From Candidatus Zixiibacteriota bacterium (GTDB lineage: Bacteria > Zixibacteria > MSB-5A5 > UBA10806 > 4484-95), in assembly GCA_029932605.1 (NCBI GenBank), contig JAOZPT010000018.1, positions 1,790 to 41,728 on the forward strand: a DNA stretch of 39,939 nt. The letters are read 5' to 3'. The notes under the pieces are model-generated. The model worked only from the letters and a program-made list of their open reading frames with translations. It ran no database searches and was not told the DNA's origin. Positions 17,718 to 27,493 of the stretch are shown piece after piece (the first letter of the stretch is position 1; every line of letters starts with the position of its first letter). Both the position numbers and the translations under genes were made by a program.

Positions 17718-18263
17718 CTAAGTTTCCTCCGGGTGAATTTTTTTGATCTTCTGGTCAAGCTCGTTTATGGCTTTTTCAAAACGTTTTTGTGTAATACCTC
17801 TACCCTTTAACACTTCCCTGGAATCTTCAGGAACAATTCTCTCAAGAGAAGCTCCGGGGTTGTTTCTGTTATCTGCATCAGGTCTACGTCTAAGTTCCGT
17901 TTTAGACGAGGATTCTTCCTTAAATAAAGATTTTAACTGAAAAGCCTCAAGCGGACAGTCAGGCCAGTCATGATGCCAGCAGATAAGCAAATCACCCTCA
18001 ATATCATCGTTATCTTTTAATTCAGAACTTCTATAAACAAGCAAGATCTTGATCTTCTCCCAGTGCACAACACCCTGCCTGCCAGAATCAACACGCCGCC
18101 TGGCAATAAGATAACTGCAATCATCAGCAGTTTCCTCCACCAGCATTTCAAACTCATCAAGCAATCGGGAAAAAATCAAAAGCACCCCTGACTGATTGAC
18201 AGGTGCGTAGACTATACCACGCTTGCCTATGAGTTCACCAACTATCGATTTTTCCATTAGCAC
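17718..18263 (-). CDS. Hypothetical protein resembling a restriction-endonuclease-like (PD-(D/E)XK) family, with catalytic residues apparently lost
   Basis: GIVYAPVNQSGV.L.F, ARRR...W..I.I...Y.SS and DLLICWHHDWPDCP resemble a family I recall as P.NEQGVV.LF..FPDC..IEFEY.S..D.IVCW.H.W..CP. This is recall-based and was not searched. Confidence 0.55.
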   Translation of the reverse strand: MLMEKSIVGELIGKRGIVYAPVNQSGVLLIFSRLLDEFEMLVEETADDCSYLIARRRVDSGRQGVVHWEKIKILLVYRSSELKDNDDIEGDLLICWHHDWPDCPLEAFQLKSLFKEESSSKTELRRRPDADNRNNPGASLERIVPEDSREVLKGRGITQKRFEKAINELDQKIKKIHPEET

Positions 18264-18417
18264 CCTAAAGAAGGTTACTTGCTAACTCATCCAAGAGAAT
18301 TATATAATTTCAAAAACCAAAGCGCAAGTATTATTTTTACACGGTTATATTTCAGATGTGAAATATTGCATTTCCTGTATAATTTTATATTTAAACAACC
18401 TGTCAGATAAGTTTTAT

Positions 18418-18467
18418 GTAGCTTGGGCATCCTGCCCAAGAACCACTGGCAAAGATGCCAGTGCTAC
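18418..18467. repeat. REP doublet (REPIN-like) of the same family as the RAYT-flanking REPs
   Basis: GTAG-CTTGGGCA-TCC-TGCCCAAG, then AAC, then CACTGGC-AAAGAT-GCCAGTG-CTAC. These are two inverted GTAG-footed hairpins. The second shares CACTGGC/GCCAGTG arms with 37667..37689. Confidence 0.75.
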
Positions 18468-18511
18468 ATAAAGGCATATAAGGTATCCTACCTATCTGAG
18501 GGTTACTTTTT

Positions 18512-18584
18512 TCATTGCGACACAAAAGGGAAACAATACCAACTCTTTGTATATAAGGAGATTACTTCGTTACTCATAATGACA
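18512..18584. repeat. Degenerate palindromic element of the TCATTGCGA...GAGATTGCTTCG...GCAATGACA type
   Basis: TCATTGCGA...GAAACAAT...GAGATTACTTCGTTACTCATAATGACA. The ends are partly complementary. The family resemblance is from recall. Confidence 0.35.
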
Positions 18585-18661
18585 CATAAATTTATCGTCG
18601 TACATCTTAAAAGACACCGGTACACCATCCAAAGATTTATGAATAACAAGGATTAAAAAAA

Positions 18662-21247
18662 TTACTTAATACAGGTTATTTTCTTTGAGGCCTTGAAATC
18701 CCCTGCTTTCATAGACACAAAATATGTTCCCGAAGCTAAGTTTGTTGCATTCAAAGAAACGGAGTGTTTTCCAGGACTTACGTTGCCATCAACAAGCGTA
18801 GTAACCAGCCGTCCGCTCACATCATATACATTAAGGGTGACATGGGCAGATTTGCTTACTTCATAAGAAATCATGGTGTTCTGATTAAATGGATTCGGGT
18901 AGTTCCGAATCAGACAATAGGATGATGGTTTATTACTTGTCGTTGGGATATCAACCTGGGTGAGGTCGAATATATACATCGACCGCCCATGCGTGCCCGA
19001 TACAAGTATCCTGCTGTTGTTGTGAAGTTCAATATCTAAAACCGGACAAATTGGATGATCCTCGCCCATCACCTGCCATACAGAACCACCATCCTCGGTG
19101 TAAAACATGCCGAAGTCAGTGCCGATGAATAACCTCTGCGGATTTTGTGGATCTGGAAGAATATCGTTTACAGGGATATCCACAAGGTTACCACTGATGT
19201 CTTGCCAGTTAGTGCCATAATCGGTTGTTTTAAAGATATGGGGTAATAACTCATCCACCTTGTAACCCGAGAAGGTTACATAAGCAGTAGCCACATCAAA
19301 GACATCGGCTGTTACCCTGGTGCACCAGCGGTTGGGAAGGCTATCTGATACCATTGTCCAGGTTGAACCCCCATCTGTGGTTACCCATACACGGCTATCA
19401 TCGGTTCCAGCCCAAATAACATCCTCGGATAATGGTGATTGGCTGATGGTGGTGATAGTCCCGTAAACAAGGTTACCATGCCCGCCACCACCGGTCAAAT
19501 CCGGACTTATGGGATACCAATATTGGCCGCCATTGGTTGTTTTGTATAACCTCTCAGCGCCATAAAATAATACCCGGCTATCAAGGGGACTCATTACCAC
19601 AGGTGTGCACCAGTTGCATCGCTCATTACCATCGATGCCATTGAGAATCTGTTCCCAGTCTTGACCAAGGTTTGTTGATTTACCTAACCAACCATACTGA
19701 GCCTCAGCGTAGATAATGTTGGAATTATTAAAATCGATATTAGTATAAAATCCATCTCCATAAAAGATGACATCCCAGTCATCCATTCCGCCATAAAGTG
19801 TCCGGGGAGTGCTATTATCCTGGGTGCCACCATAAAGCCGATAAGGAAGCTGGTTGTCAATGGTTATGGCATAGAACTGGGTAATAGGCAGATCGTAACA
19901 TTTCGTCCAGTAACCGCCGCCATTTTGTGAAATGAATACACCACCATCGTTGCCAACAACCATATATTCAGGAAGGTTCGGGTCTTGATACATTGCATGC
20001 ATGTCCACATGCATCGAGCCCATGATGGAATACCAGTGAGCCCCGCCATCCGTGCTTCTCCACATATCCACATCACCAAAATAGACTATATCAGGATTGG
20101 TAGGGTGAACCCAGATCTTGCCAAAATACCAGCCAAAACCGGAAAACGTTGAGGGGCTTGGTGAAACAAGCCGCGACTCCCAGTTATCACCACCATCGGT
20201 TGTGCGCCAGAAACCCATTAAGTTACCGGGATGGTCAACATAACTGGCATATAGGATATCAGGGTCGGTATCAGAAACAGCCAAGCCGATGCGACCGACA
20301 TTGGGTGATGGTGCCGGTAAACCTCTTGTTAGTTGAAACCAATTATCTCCTCCGTCCGTAGATTTCCATATACCGCTAGTCATACCACCAACCCGTCGAT
20401 ACTGGGGATTACGAATCCGTTCCCACATGGCCGCATACACGATTTGGGGATCAGATGAGTTGATTACAACATCAACAGCACCGGTTGAATCGGTTAAAAA
20501 AAGCACTTGTTCCCAGGAATTACCACCATCAGTGCTTCTATAAACACCGCGCTGTGAATTGGTGCCAAACAACTTCCCCATAACAGCTACGAATATCCTG
20601 TCAGTATCAATTGGATCGATAGCGATACGCCCGATATGATAGGACTCTGGAAGGCCAATAAACTCCCAGGAATCACCGGCGTTGGTAGTGCGATAGAGCC
20701 CGGTGCCAGCATAGGAATCGCCGCTTGAGTTAGCCTCGCCAGTGCCAAGATACAAACAGTCAGGATTGATAGGGTCAATAACAAGGTCACCTACCGAAAG
20801 GCTGGGAACATCATCGGATACCGGTTGCCAGTTCTCACCGCCATTGGTAGATTTGAAAACACCGCCAAGAGCGGCTCCAGCATATATAGTATAAGGTTCA
20901 TCAGGATGAACCGCCATGGCTGTAATACGTCCTCCGACATTAGAGGGACCGGCCAACGTACAGTTGAGTTCAGTCATATTCAATGTAGCATTCCTCACCG
21001 CAATGGCTCGCTCTAAAGCCCGACGATATGCTTTAAGAGGAACACTGTCGTATGGGTAAGCCCGTTGTAAAGTAAACCATTCGGATGGCTTCCGGCTGGT
21101 ATCGCTTCCTCGTTTCTTTAGCTTATACGCCTTAAACGAATCCGGTGTGATAACTTGGTCGTTTTTATCAACTAAGACAATTATTATCAACGATATTGCA
21201 ATTAACACCAGTAATTGCATACATACAATAAGTATTTTGCGATTCAT
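18662..21247 (-). CDS. Secreted BNR/Asp-box (VPS10/sortilin/GH74-like) beta-propeller protein with C-terminal FlgD/T9SS-like tail
   Basis: Start revised to the ATG at 21247 (GGAGGA RBS). GPSNVGGRI motif, many (S/T)TDGG.(N/S/T)W Asp-boxes, HVDMH, GGTQDN and THGRS. Tail NYPNPFN...KKITCIK. Confidence 0.85.
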   Translation of the reverse strand: MNRKILIVCMQLLVLIAISLIIIVLVDKNDQVITPDSFKAYKLKKRGSDTSRKPSEWFTLQRAYPYDSVPLKAYRRALERAIAVRNATLNMTELNCTLAGPSNVGGRITAMAVHPDEPYTIYAGAALGGVFKSTNGGENWQPVSDDVPSLSVGDLVIDPINPDCLYLGTGEANSSGDSYAGTGLYRTTNAGDSWEFIGLPESYHIGRIAIDPIDTDRIFVAVMGKLFGTNSQRGVYRSTDGGNSWEQVLFLTDSTGAVDVVINSSDPQIVYAAMWERIRNPQYRRVGGMTSGIWKSTDGGDNWFQLTRGLPAPSPNVGRIGLAVSDTDPDILYASYVDHPGNLMGFWRTTDGGDNWESRLVSPSPSTFSGFGWYFGKIWVHPTNPDIVYFGDVDMWRSTDGGAHWYSIMGSMHVDMHAMYQDPNLPEYMVVGNDGGVFISQNGGGYWTKCYDLPITQFYAITIDNQLPYRLYGGTQDNSTPRTLYGGMDDWDVIFYGDGFYTNIDFNNSNIIYAEAQYGWLGKSTNLGQDWEQILNGIDGNERCNWCTPVVMSPLDSRVLFYGAERLYKTTNGGQYWYPISPDLTGGGGHGNLVYGTITTISQSPLSEDVIWAGTDDSRVWVTTDGGSTWTMVSDSLPNRWCTRVTADVFDVATAYVTFSGYKVDELLPHIFKTTDYGTNWQDISGNLVDIPVNDILPDPQNPQRLFIGTDFGMFYTEDGGSVWQVMGEDHPICPVLDIELHNNSRILVSGTHGRSMYIFDLTQVDIPTTSNKPSSYCLIRNYPNPFNQNTMISYEVSKSAHVTLNVYDVSGRLVTTLVDGNVSPGKHSVSLNATNLASGTYFVSMKAGDFKASKKITCIK

Positions 21248-21534
21248 TATCAAATCCTCCAAATTCAATTTTAAAGTTATATTTCACTTTTTAACAATAT
21301 ATATAACAACCTCGAAATCTCCAAGAATTTTAAGTTTAATCAGAAATGTTTCCTGCTGTTACACACCCGATTATAAAAGAACTCACAATTTAAAATAACC
21401 ATCGCTTAACAATGTAACATGTTGATTTTTGTAACGAGGATTTCAATTCCATTGCACAAGGAAATTCAACATTGTTTGCTACTCTCAACATAAATCCGAT
21501 AAAGACTAAGCAAACGATTAATGAGAGGATCATT

Positions 21535-23709
21535 ATGTCAAGACATAATAGATTACAGTTCATATTATTAGCATTAATTTTGATCTTTATTCCCGGACTT
21601 ACTCGAGGACAAGGAGTTGAGTATGTAAATTCTACACTATGGACAACAGTGTCAGATATACAGATCGTTGGGAACTACGCCTATTGTGTTTTTCGCGATG
21701 GCCTGGTGATTCTCGATATCTCTAATCCTACTAATCCAACTCTTTTAAGTCAATTCTATTTACAGGGAAATGGAGAGGGGATTTTCGTCCAGGATAATTT
21801 TACATTTTTGGTAAATGGATATTCTGGCCTTCAAATAATCGATATCTCGGACCCTGAAGCACCCGAACTTATTGGGACTTACGACACACCGGGTTTTGCC
21901 AAGGATATCTTTGTTAAAGATAATTACGCTTATGTTGCCGATGGGAACGCTGGTTTAACTATAATCAATATAACAGACCCCACAAAACCTAACTTTTTTG
22001 GGAATCATCCCACACGCTATGCTAAGGGTTTGCATATTGAAGACCATATTTTATATTTGGTTGACCATAATCACGGCCTCAAGATTTTCGATATTAACGA
22101 TCCAGCTTCTCCAAGATTAATCGGAAGCTGCGACACTCCCGGCTACGCCGAGGACATTTATATACATGATGGCTTAGCGTATATAGCTGATGGAGCGTTA
22201 GGCCTTCAAATAATCACGATTGAACAACCACGGGAACCTCTTATTATTGGAAGTTATAATACTCCGGGATATTCAAGAGACATCGCTATCTCGGGAGACT
22301 ATGCTTTTTTAGCCTCCGATATCTGCGGCCTTGAAATCATCGATATTTCCTCTCCCTCAAGCCCTGTGTATATAACACAATACAATACACCAAACCAGGC
22401 AATCGGTGTTGTTATCAAAGATAGTATCGCTTACGTTACTGGTAAACACTTCGGCCTTGAGATCGTCAATATCACAGAACCTGGAAATCCTGAGCACACT
22501 GGAAGCTATGAAACCCCACATTCTTCACGAGGCGTCTTTATTCAGGGACATTTCACTTACGTAGCAAATTACGGAAACGGACTTAAAATCTTAGACATAA
22601 CAAATCCTGAAAATCCCATGGTTGTGGGATGCTATGATACCCCTGGCTATTCTCACGACGTTTTCGTTTTGGGTGATTTTGCATATATAGCGGATTATGA
22701 ACATGGTCTCCAGATAATCGATATCTCCAACCCCACTAATCCTATCTTCAAGGGATGTTACAACACTCCGGGTTATGCTATCGATGTTGTAGTCAGAAGT
22801 GGTTATGCATATGTGGCTGACTATGACCATAACGTTCAAATTATCGATATATCCAACCCTGAAAGCCCCTATTATGTCACAACATTTGTAATACCCAACT
22901 ATACAGCCGGAATTTACATTCGAGATAATCTGCTATATGTAGCTTACAGCGCCTTCAATACCGGCATTCAATGGGCAGGTATTAGTATAGCCGATATTAC
23001 CGACCCGACAAATCCCGTCTGTATCGGTGATTTCAACACCGTAGGTTACTTTTATGACCTGTTTATCTCAGAAGATAATATTGTATACTGCAGTTTCACC
23101 TATAAAGAAAATTTAGGACCGTTACATTATGGACTTAAGATTATCGATGTAAACAATCCTGAATCACCATCCGAACTGGGAACTTATTATATAACCGGAG
23201 AACAATATCCCAAAGGGATATTCGTTTCAGGTGAACATGCATTTTTAGCCTCCGGTTTTAATAGACTTGAGGTGATAGATATCTCCTCTCCATCAAACCC
23301 AGAGCTTGAGGCATACTATAATACCCCGGGTTATGCTTATGATGTTTTCGTAGATGATGGCTATATCTATGTTGCCGATGAAAGCTCAGTGCTTATCCTT
23401 CGTTTGGCACAAACAAAAATTAACAGCGAAATAACATTAACGCCAAAGGCGTTTAAGCTATTACAAAACTATCCGAATCCATTCAATAACGCAACAACTC
23501 TGAATTTTTCCCTACCTAAACCCGGTCAGATAAAGCTCTCTGTCTATAATCTTTTGGGTCAACAGGTAGCTACATTATTTGAGGGTACTATGGATACAGG
23601 CGAACATAATATCACCTGGAATACTAATGACCTCCCGTCGGGTGTCTATCTTGCAAGGTTACAGAGCAATAGCATCAATCAGAATATAAAGATGTTGATG
23701 TTAAAGTAA
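21535..23709 (+). CDS. Secreted LVIVD-repeat beta-propeller protein with C-terminal FlgD/T9SS-like tail
   Basis: Start revised to the ATG at 21535 (GAGAGG RBS, signal peptide). More than ten ~42-aa repeats of YAYVAD...GLQIIDISNP..P...G.YDTPG. Tail QNYPNPFN...KMLMLK. Confidence 0.9.
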   Translation: MSRHNRLQFILLALILIFIPGLTRGQGVEYVNSTLWTTVSDIQIVGNYAYCVFRDGLVILDISNPTNPTLLSQFYLQGNGEGIFVQDNFTFLVNGYSGLQIIDISDPEAPELIGTYDTPGFAKDIFVKDNYAYVADGNAGLTIINITDPTKPNFFGNHPTRYAKGLHIEDHILYLVDHNHGLKIFDINDPASPRLIGSCDTPGYAEDIYIHDGLAYIADGALGLQIITIEQPREPLIIGSYNTPGYSRDIAISGDYAFLASDICGLEIIDISSPSSPVYITQYNTPNQAIGVVIKDSIAYVTGKHFGLEIVNITEPGNPEHTGSYETPHSSRGVFIQGHFTYVANYGNGLKILDITNPENPMVVGCYDTPGYSHDVFVLGDFAYIADYEHGLQIIDISNPTNPIFKGCYNTPGYAIDVVVRSGYAYVADYDHNVQIIDISNPESPYYVTTFVIPNYTAGIYIRDNLLYVAYSAFNTGIQWAGISIADITDPTNPVCIGDFNTVGYFYDLFISEDNIVYCSFTYKENLGPLHYGLKIIDVNNPESPSELGTYYITGEQYPKGIFVSGEHAFLASGFNRLEVIDISSPSNPELEAYYNTPGYAYDVFVDDGYIYVADESSVLILRLAQTKINSEITLTPKAFKLLQNYPNPFNNATTLNFSLPKPGQIKLSVYNLLGQQVATLFEGTMDTGEHNITWNTNDLPSGVYLARLQSNSINQNIKMLMLK

Positions 23710-23885
23710 AAGCGTAGCATAACACCAAAACCATCATTTGCTTTAAAATACAAGTTTAACCACTTTTACTACAACCTTATTTATATTTTCCTTGACTGTT
23801 TAAGCAATAAGCCCATATTAGCAAATGTCCTTGAACAGAAAGAGGCGTGACTTTTGATTTTGGGTTTCTTTGGGGAGGATAATCA

Positions 23886-25871
23886 ATGAACAATGGTCTT
23901 ATTGCAGCCCTATTTGGGATTATCGGTATCATTTTTGCCCTCATCCTTTTTTACACCATAAAAAGGCAACCACCTGGATCAAAGCAAATGATCGAACTTG
24001 CCGAAACTATTCACCGCGGGGCAATGGTCTTCTTAAAAAGAGAATACTCGGTCTTAGTCCCCTTTGTAATTGTAGTATTTTTACTGTTATACTGGAAAAT
24101 AGGCATCAATACCGGAATAGCTTTCTTAACTGGTGCATGTTGTTCAATGCTGGCTGGTTTTTTAGGTATGAACGCTGCTACCCGCGCCAACGTTCGCACC
24201 TGCGAGGCCGCTCGCTCTTACGGTCAATCAAAAGCATTGCAGATCGCCTTCTCCGGCGGCTCGGTAATGGGCATGTCCGTTGCCTCACTTGGATTGCTGG
24301 GGTTAGGAATATTTTACTTCATATTCTTTGACCCTAAGAACCTGGCTAACCTTCAGGTCTTAACCGGTTTCTCAATGGGGGCTTCATCGATCGCTCTATT
24401 TGCACGTTTAGGCGGTGGGATTTACACCAAATCTGCCGATGTCGGTGCCGATCTGGTAGGCAAAATCGAGGCGGGTATCCCCGAGGATGATCCCCGCAAT
24501 CCAGCCGTCATCGCCGATAACGTGGGTGACAATGTTGGCGATGTTGCCGGTATGGGTGCAGATCTTTTCGAGTCATATGTCGGCTCAATTGTTGCCTCCA
24601 TCGTGCTGGGCACAGCCATGGTTATAAGACAAGATGCTTCCCTCGGCTATGTAGTGATGCCGTTAATGATTGTCACAGTTGGTCTTGTAGCCTCAATGCT
24701 TGGTATTATTTCTGTCAAGGTGTTCTCCTCATTAAACCCGGCTGCAACTTTAAGAATTGTCACCTATGTTGGTGCGGTTATCATGTTGGTAGCTACATTT
24801 ATATTGGTCAAACAACTCGACATCAGCACTGGCGTTTTCTGGGCTGTATTCTCCGGTTCGTTGGCGGGGATTGCCTTAGGTCTACTAACGGAGTATTATA
24901 CTTCCTCCAAACCTATCAGGGCTATTGCCAAGGCCTCGGAGACCGGACCGGCAACCAATATCATCACCGGTTTGGCAGTGGGCATGGAATCGGTTGCATT
25001 ACCGGTGTTGGTAATCTGTATCGCCATCTTTGTTGGCTACCAGGCGGCTAAATTATATGGTATCGGTATCGCCGCGGTCGGCATGCTTGCCACAATTGGC
25101 GTCACCATGTCTGTTGATGCTTATGGACCTGTTGCCGACAATGCCGGTGGTATTTCAGAGATGTCAGGGCTGGGTCCTGATGTTCGCAAAATCACCGACA
25201 GGCTCGATGCTCTCGGCAACACTACCGCGGCCATAGGTAAAGGCTTTGCCATAGGTTCAGCCGCCTTAACGGCCTTAGCCTTGTTTTCTGCCTATACGAC
25301 CGCTGTCAATCTCGACAGCATTAACTTAGTCAGTTCCAGGGTTGTGATAGGTATTTTCATTGGTGGTATGTTACCGTTTTTAATCGCCTCATTAACCATG
25401 ACTGCCGTTGGCAAAGCCGCTTTCTCGATGGTCAAAGAGGTAAGACGTCAGTTTAAGGAGATAAAAGGCCTCATGGAGGGTACAGCCAAACCCGACTCAA
25501 ACAGATGTATATCAATCGCTGCCAATTCCGCTATCAAGCAGATGATAGCGCCGGGACTTATAGCAATCATCGCTCCAATCCTCGTTGGCACGATTTTAGG
25601 CAAAGAGGCTCTGGGAGGGCTTTTAGCTGGAGCTACATTATCCGGTGTTATGCTGGCTTTGATGATGGCCAATGCCGGTGGCGCCTGGGATAACGGCAAA
25701 AAATATATAGAAGCAGGCGCTCACGGTGGCAAAGGTTCCGATGCCCATAAGGCGGCTATAGTCGGCGATACTGTCGGTGACCCCTTCAAAGACACCTCCG
25801 GACCGTCGATGAATATTCTCATTAAACTGATGGCTATTGTCTCGCTTGTCTTAGCGCCATTGTTTGTATAA
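23886..25871 (+). CDS. hppA: Membrane-integral pyrophosphatase, K+-dependent, probably Na+-translocating
   Basis: [46 protein letters not shown] (Ala marks the K+-dependent class) and [18 protein letters not shown]. Confidence 0.95.
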   Translation: MNNGLIAALFGIIGIIFALILFYTIKRQPPGSKQMIELAETIHRGAMVFLKREYSVLVPFVIVVFLLLYWKIGINTGIAFLTGACCSMLAGFLGMNAATRANVRTCEAARSYGQSKALQIAFSGGSVMGMSVASLGLLGLGIFYFIFFDPKNLANLQVLTGFSMGASSIALFARLGGGIYTKSADVGADLVGKIEAGIPEDDPRNPAVIADNVGDNVGDVAGMGADLFESYVGSIVASIVLGTAMVIRQDASLGYVVMPLMIVTVGLVASMLGIISVKVFSSLNPAATLRIVTYVGAVIMLVATFILVKQLDISTGVFWAVFSGSLAGIALGLLTEYYTSSKPIRAIAKASETGPATNIITGLAVGMESVALPVLVICIAIFVGYQAAKLYGIGIAAVGMLATIGVTMSVDAYGPVADNAGGISEMSGLGPDVRKITDRLDALGNTTAAIGKGFAIGSAALTALALFSAYTTAVNLDSINLVSSRVVIGIFIGGMLPFLIASLTMTAVGKAAFSMVKEVRRQFKEIKGLMEGTAKPDSNRCISIAANSAIKQMIAPGLIAIIAPILVGTILGKEALGGLLAGATLSGVMLALMMANAGGAWDNGKKYIEAGAHGGKGSDAHKAAIVGDTVGDPFKDTSGPSMNILIKLMAIVSLVLAPLFV

Positions 25872-26061
25872 ATATAAATTATAAGCACAATAACTCAAAT
25901 CTCATCATTAAAAAATGAAATTCGCTAATTTAAAAAGACAAAAATAAAAAATCCAGGATAGGCTATGTTATTCTATTTGCAATATCTAACAGGTCTTTTT
26001 AGGATTCCCACAATATTCTATAACACAAGATCATTAAATTTTAAGCACTTACCTTAATCCC

Positions 26062-27216
26062 TTATTTCCCCTTCAAATCACCCAGCACCACATTTGCGAT
26101 CTCCTTGGCGGCGTTATGATTAGCTATGGCTTTAGCAGCCCTTACCATTGCCTGATATCTTTCTTTGTCTGTAGCCAGCATATCAATCTTATTCGGCAGG
26201 CTTTCAAGTTGAAAAATGCGCAACCCCGCTCCTCTCTCCAGAAATAAAGCGGAGTTTCGTTCCTCCTGCCCAGGATAAGGTAAATAGACCAAAAGAGGTA
26301 AACCTGATGCCAAACATTCGGTACTGGCCAGACCTCCGGTTTTGGTGATTGCTACATCGGCCATCGCCATCAAGTCCTCTATAAAATCTATCTTGCCGAA
26401 AGTCTTATACACAAAACCCCTGTCTGCCAGATTTTTTTTCAACCTGTCGTTTATCGAAAAATTCTTTCTGGCAACCAGAAAAAGTTGTAATTGCGACCGA
26501 CATTTTAAAAGTACTTCAACAATAGCCTCTATATGATCGATACCATATACTCCGGCTAACACCAGTACCGTAAATAACCGGCTGTCGAAACCGTATTTTT
26601 CTCTGAGTGCCTTTTTATCCTTAGCCACGATAAATCTCTTCTCTATGGGAATACCCACAGATTTAATCTTAGCCTTACAAACTCCTGTATACCATTCGAA
26701 CTCTGCCAGCTCGGTTACGTTATCTTCAACAGCGACAAAATACCTCCCCTGACCGGGCACTAACCACACGGGGTGCAAACCATAATCAGTAACAACAGTA
26801 GCAACCTCACATCGGGGATTATGAACTTTCTTATATCGACCAGCCGCCCAGCTCGAAGTAAAATACGTTGAGATTATGTAATTCGGTCTTTCTTTTATCA
26901 AATATCGGTTAAACCTCCTCAGCACGATTTTCCAGAAAACATTCTGAAGCGATGAGGGAGGTTTAAAACGATACAGATTGCTTTTCCGCTCGTATAATGC
27001 ATACCATAACCAGGGAACTTTCGAGGCAACGAATAAATAACCCTTGGAGAATATATCGGCTATAATCGAGGGCATATACTTTAATACATCGACTACATGA
27101 ATTTCGCCTTCAAATCCCAAGCTACGTATCTCTCCCTCTATAGCCCGACATGCGGTTTCATGACCTGCACCGGCAGAGCCATAAAGAAGAAGTATTTTCC
27201 TTTTGTCAGACTCCAT
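26062..27216 (-). CDS. MGDG synthase / UgtP(YpfP)-like diacylglycerol glycosyltransferase (GT28-like)
   Basis: Motifs GAGHETA, TVVTDYGLHPVW, GIPI, ITKTGGLASTE and PYPGQEERN. Confidence 0.85.
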   Translation of the reverse strand: MESDKRKILLLYGSAGAGHETACRAIEGEIRSLGFEGEIHVVDVLKYMPSIIADIFSKGYLFVASKVPWLWYALYERKSNLYRFKPPSSLQNVFWKIVLRRFNRYLIKERPNYIISTYFTSSWAAGRYKKVHNPRCEVATVVTDYGLHPVWLVPGQGRYFVAVEDNVTELAEFEWYTGVCKAKIKSVGIPIEKRFIVAKDKKALREKYGFDSRLFTVLVLAGVYGIDHIEAIVEVLLKCRSQLQLFLVARKNFSINDRLKKNLADRGFVYKTFGKIDFIEDLMAMADVAITKTGGLASTECLASGLPLLVYLPYPGQEERNSALFLERGAGLRIFQLESLPNKIDMLATDKERYQAMVRAAKAIANHNAAKEIANVVLGDLKGK

Positions 27217-27413
27217 ATAACCTCTCTAACAAATTCGATTGCACCAGGAGCACATGATGTTGCTGAATAACTTTTTCCATCAAGCGACCGATCTCTTGAG
27301 ATTAACTCTTCTCATTGGCGCAGAATATAATAAAATAAAGGTTATTCACAAAGCTGATTTTAGCTTTTATGGGAAATTGATAGATTTATGTCTATCTTCT
27401 CAAATTCAAAAAA

Positions 27414-27459
27414 GTAGGGGCGTATAGCAATCCCTAAAGATATCTACTTAGGACGCCCC
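27414..27459. repeat. GTAG-type REP interrupted by a 21-bp palindromic insert
   Basis: GTAGGGGCGTATAGCAAT [CCCTAAAGATATCTACTTAGG] ACGCCCC. The outer arms are GGGGCGT/ACGCCCC and the inner arms are CCTAA/TTAGG. Confidence 0.5.
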
Positions 27460-27493
27460 CAAACATGGTTCTATGAACGAAAATTTACCTTCT

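Noticed and set aside
18423..18656. 77-aa ORF
   Set aside because: Its TTG start lies inside a REP hairpin, it has no RBS, and it reads through repeat remnants.
21620..23400. Periodic nucleotide similarity suggestive of a repeat array or CRISPR
   Set aside because: It is explained by in-frame LVIVD protein repeats. No identical repeats with unique spacers occur anywhere in the window.
27239..27325. Possible ncRNA/riboswitch in the glycosyltransferase leader (TGCGCCA...TGGTGCA end pairing) and the 62-aa plus-strand ORF
   Set aside because: Only a short closing stem and no recognisable Rfam motif. The ORF lacks an RBS and motifs.
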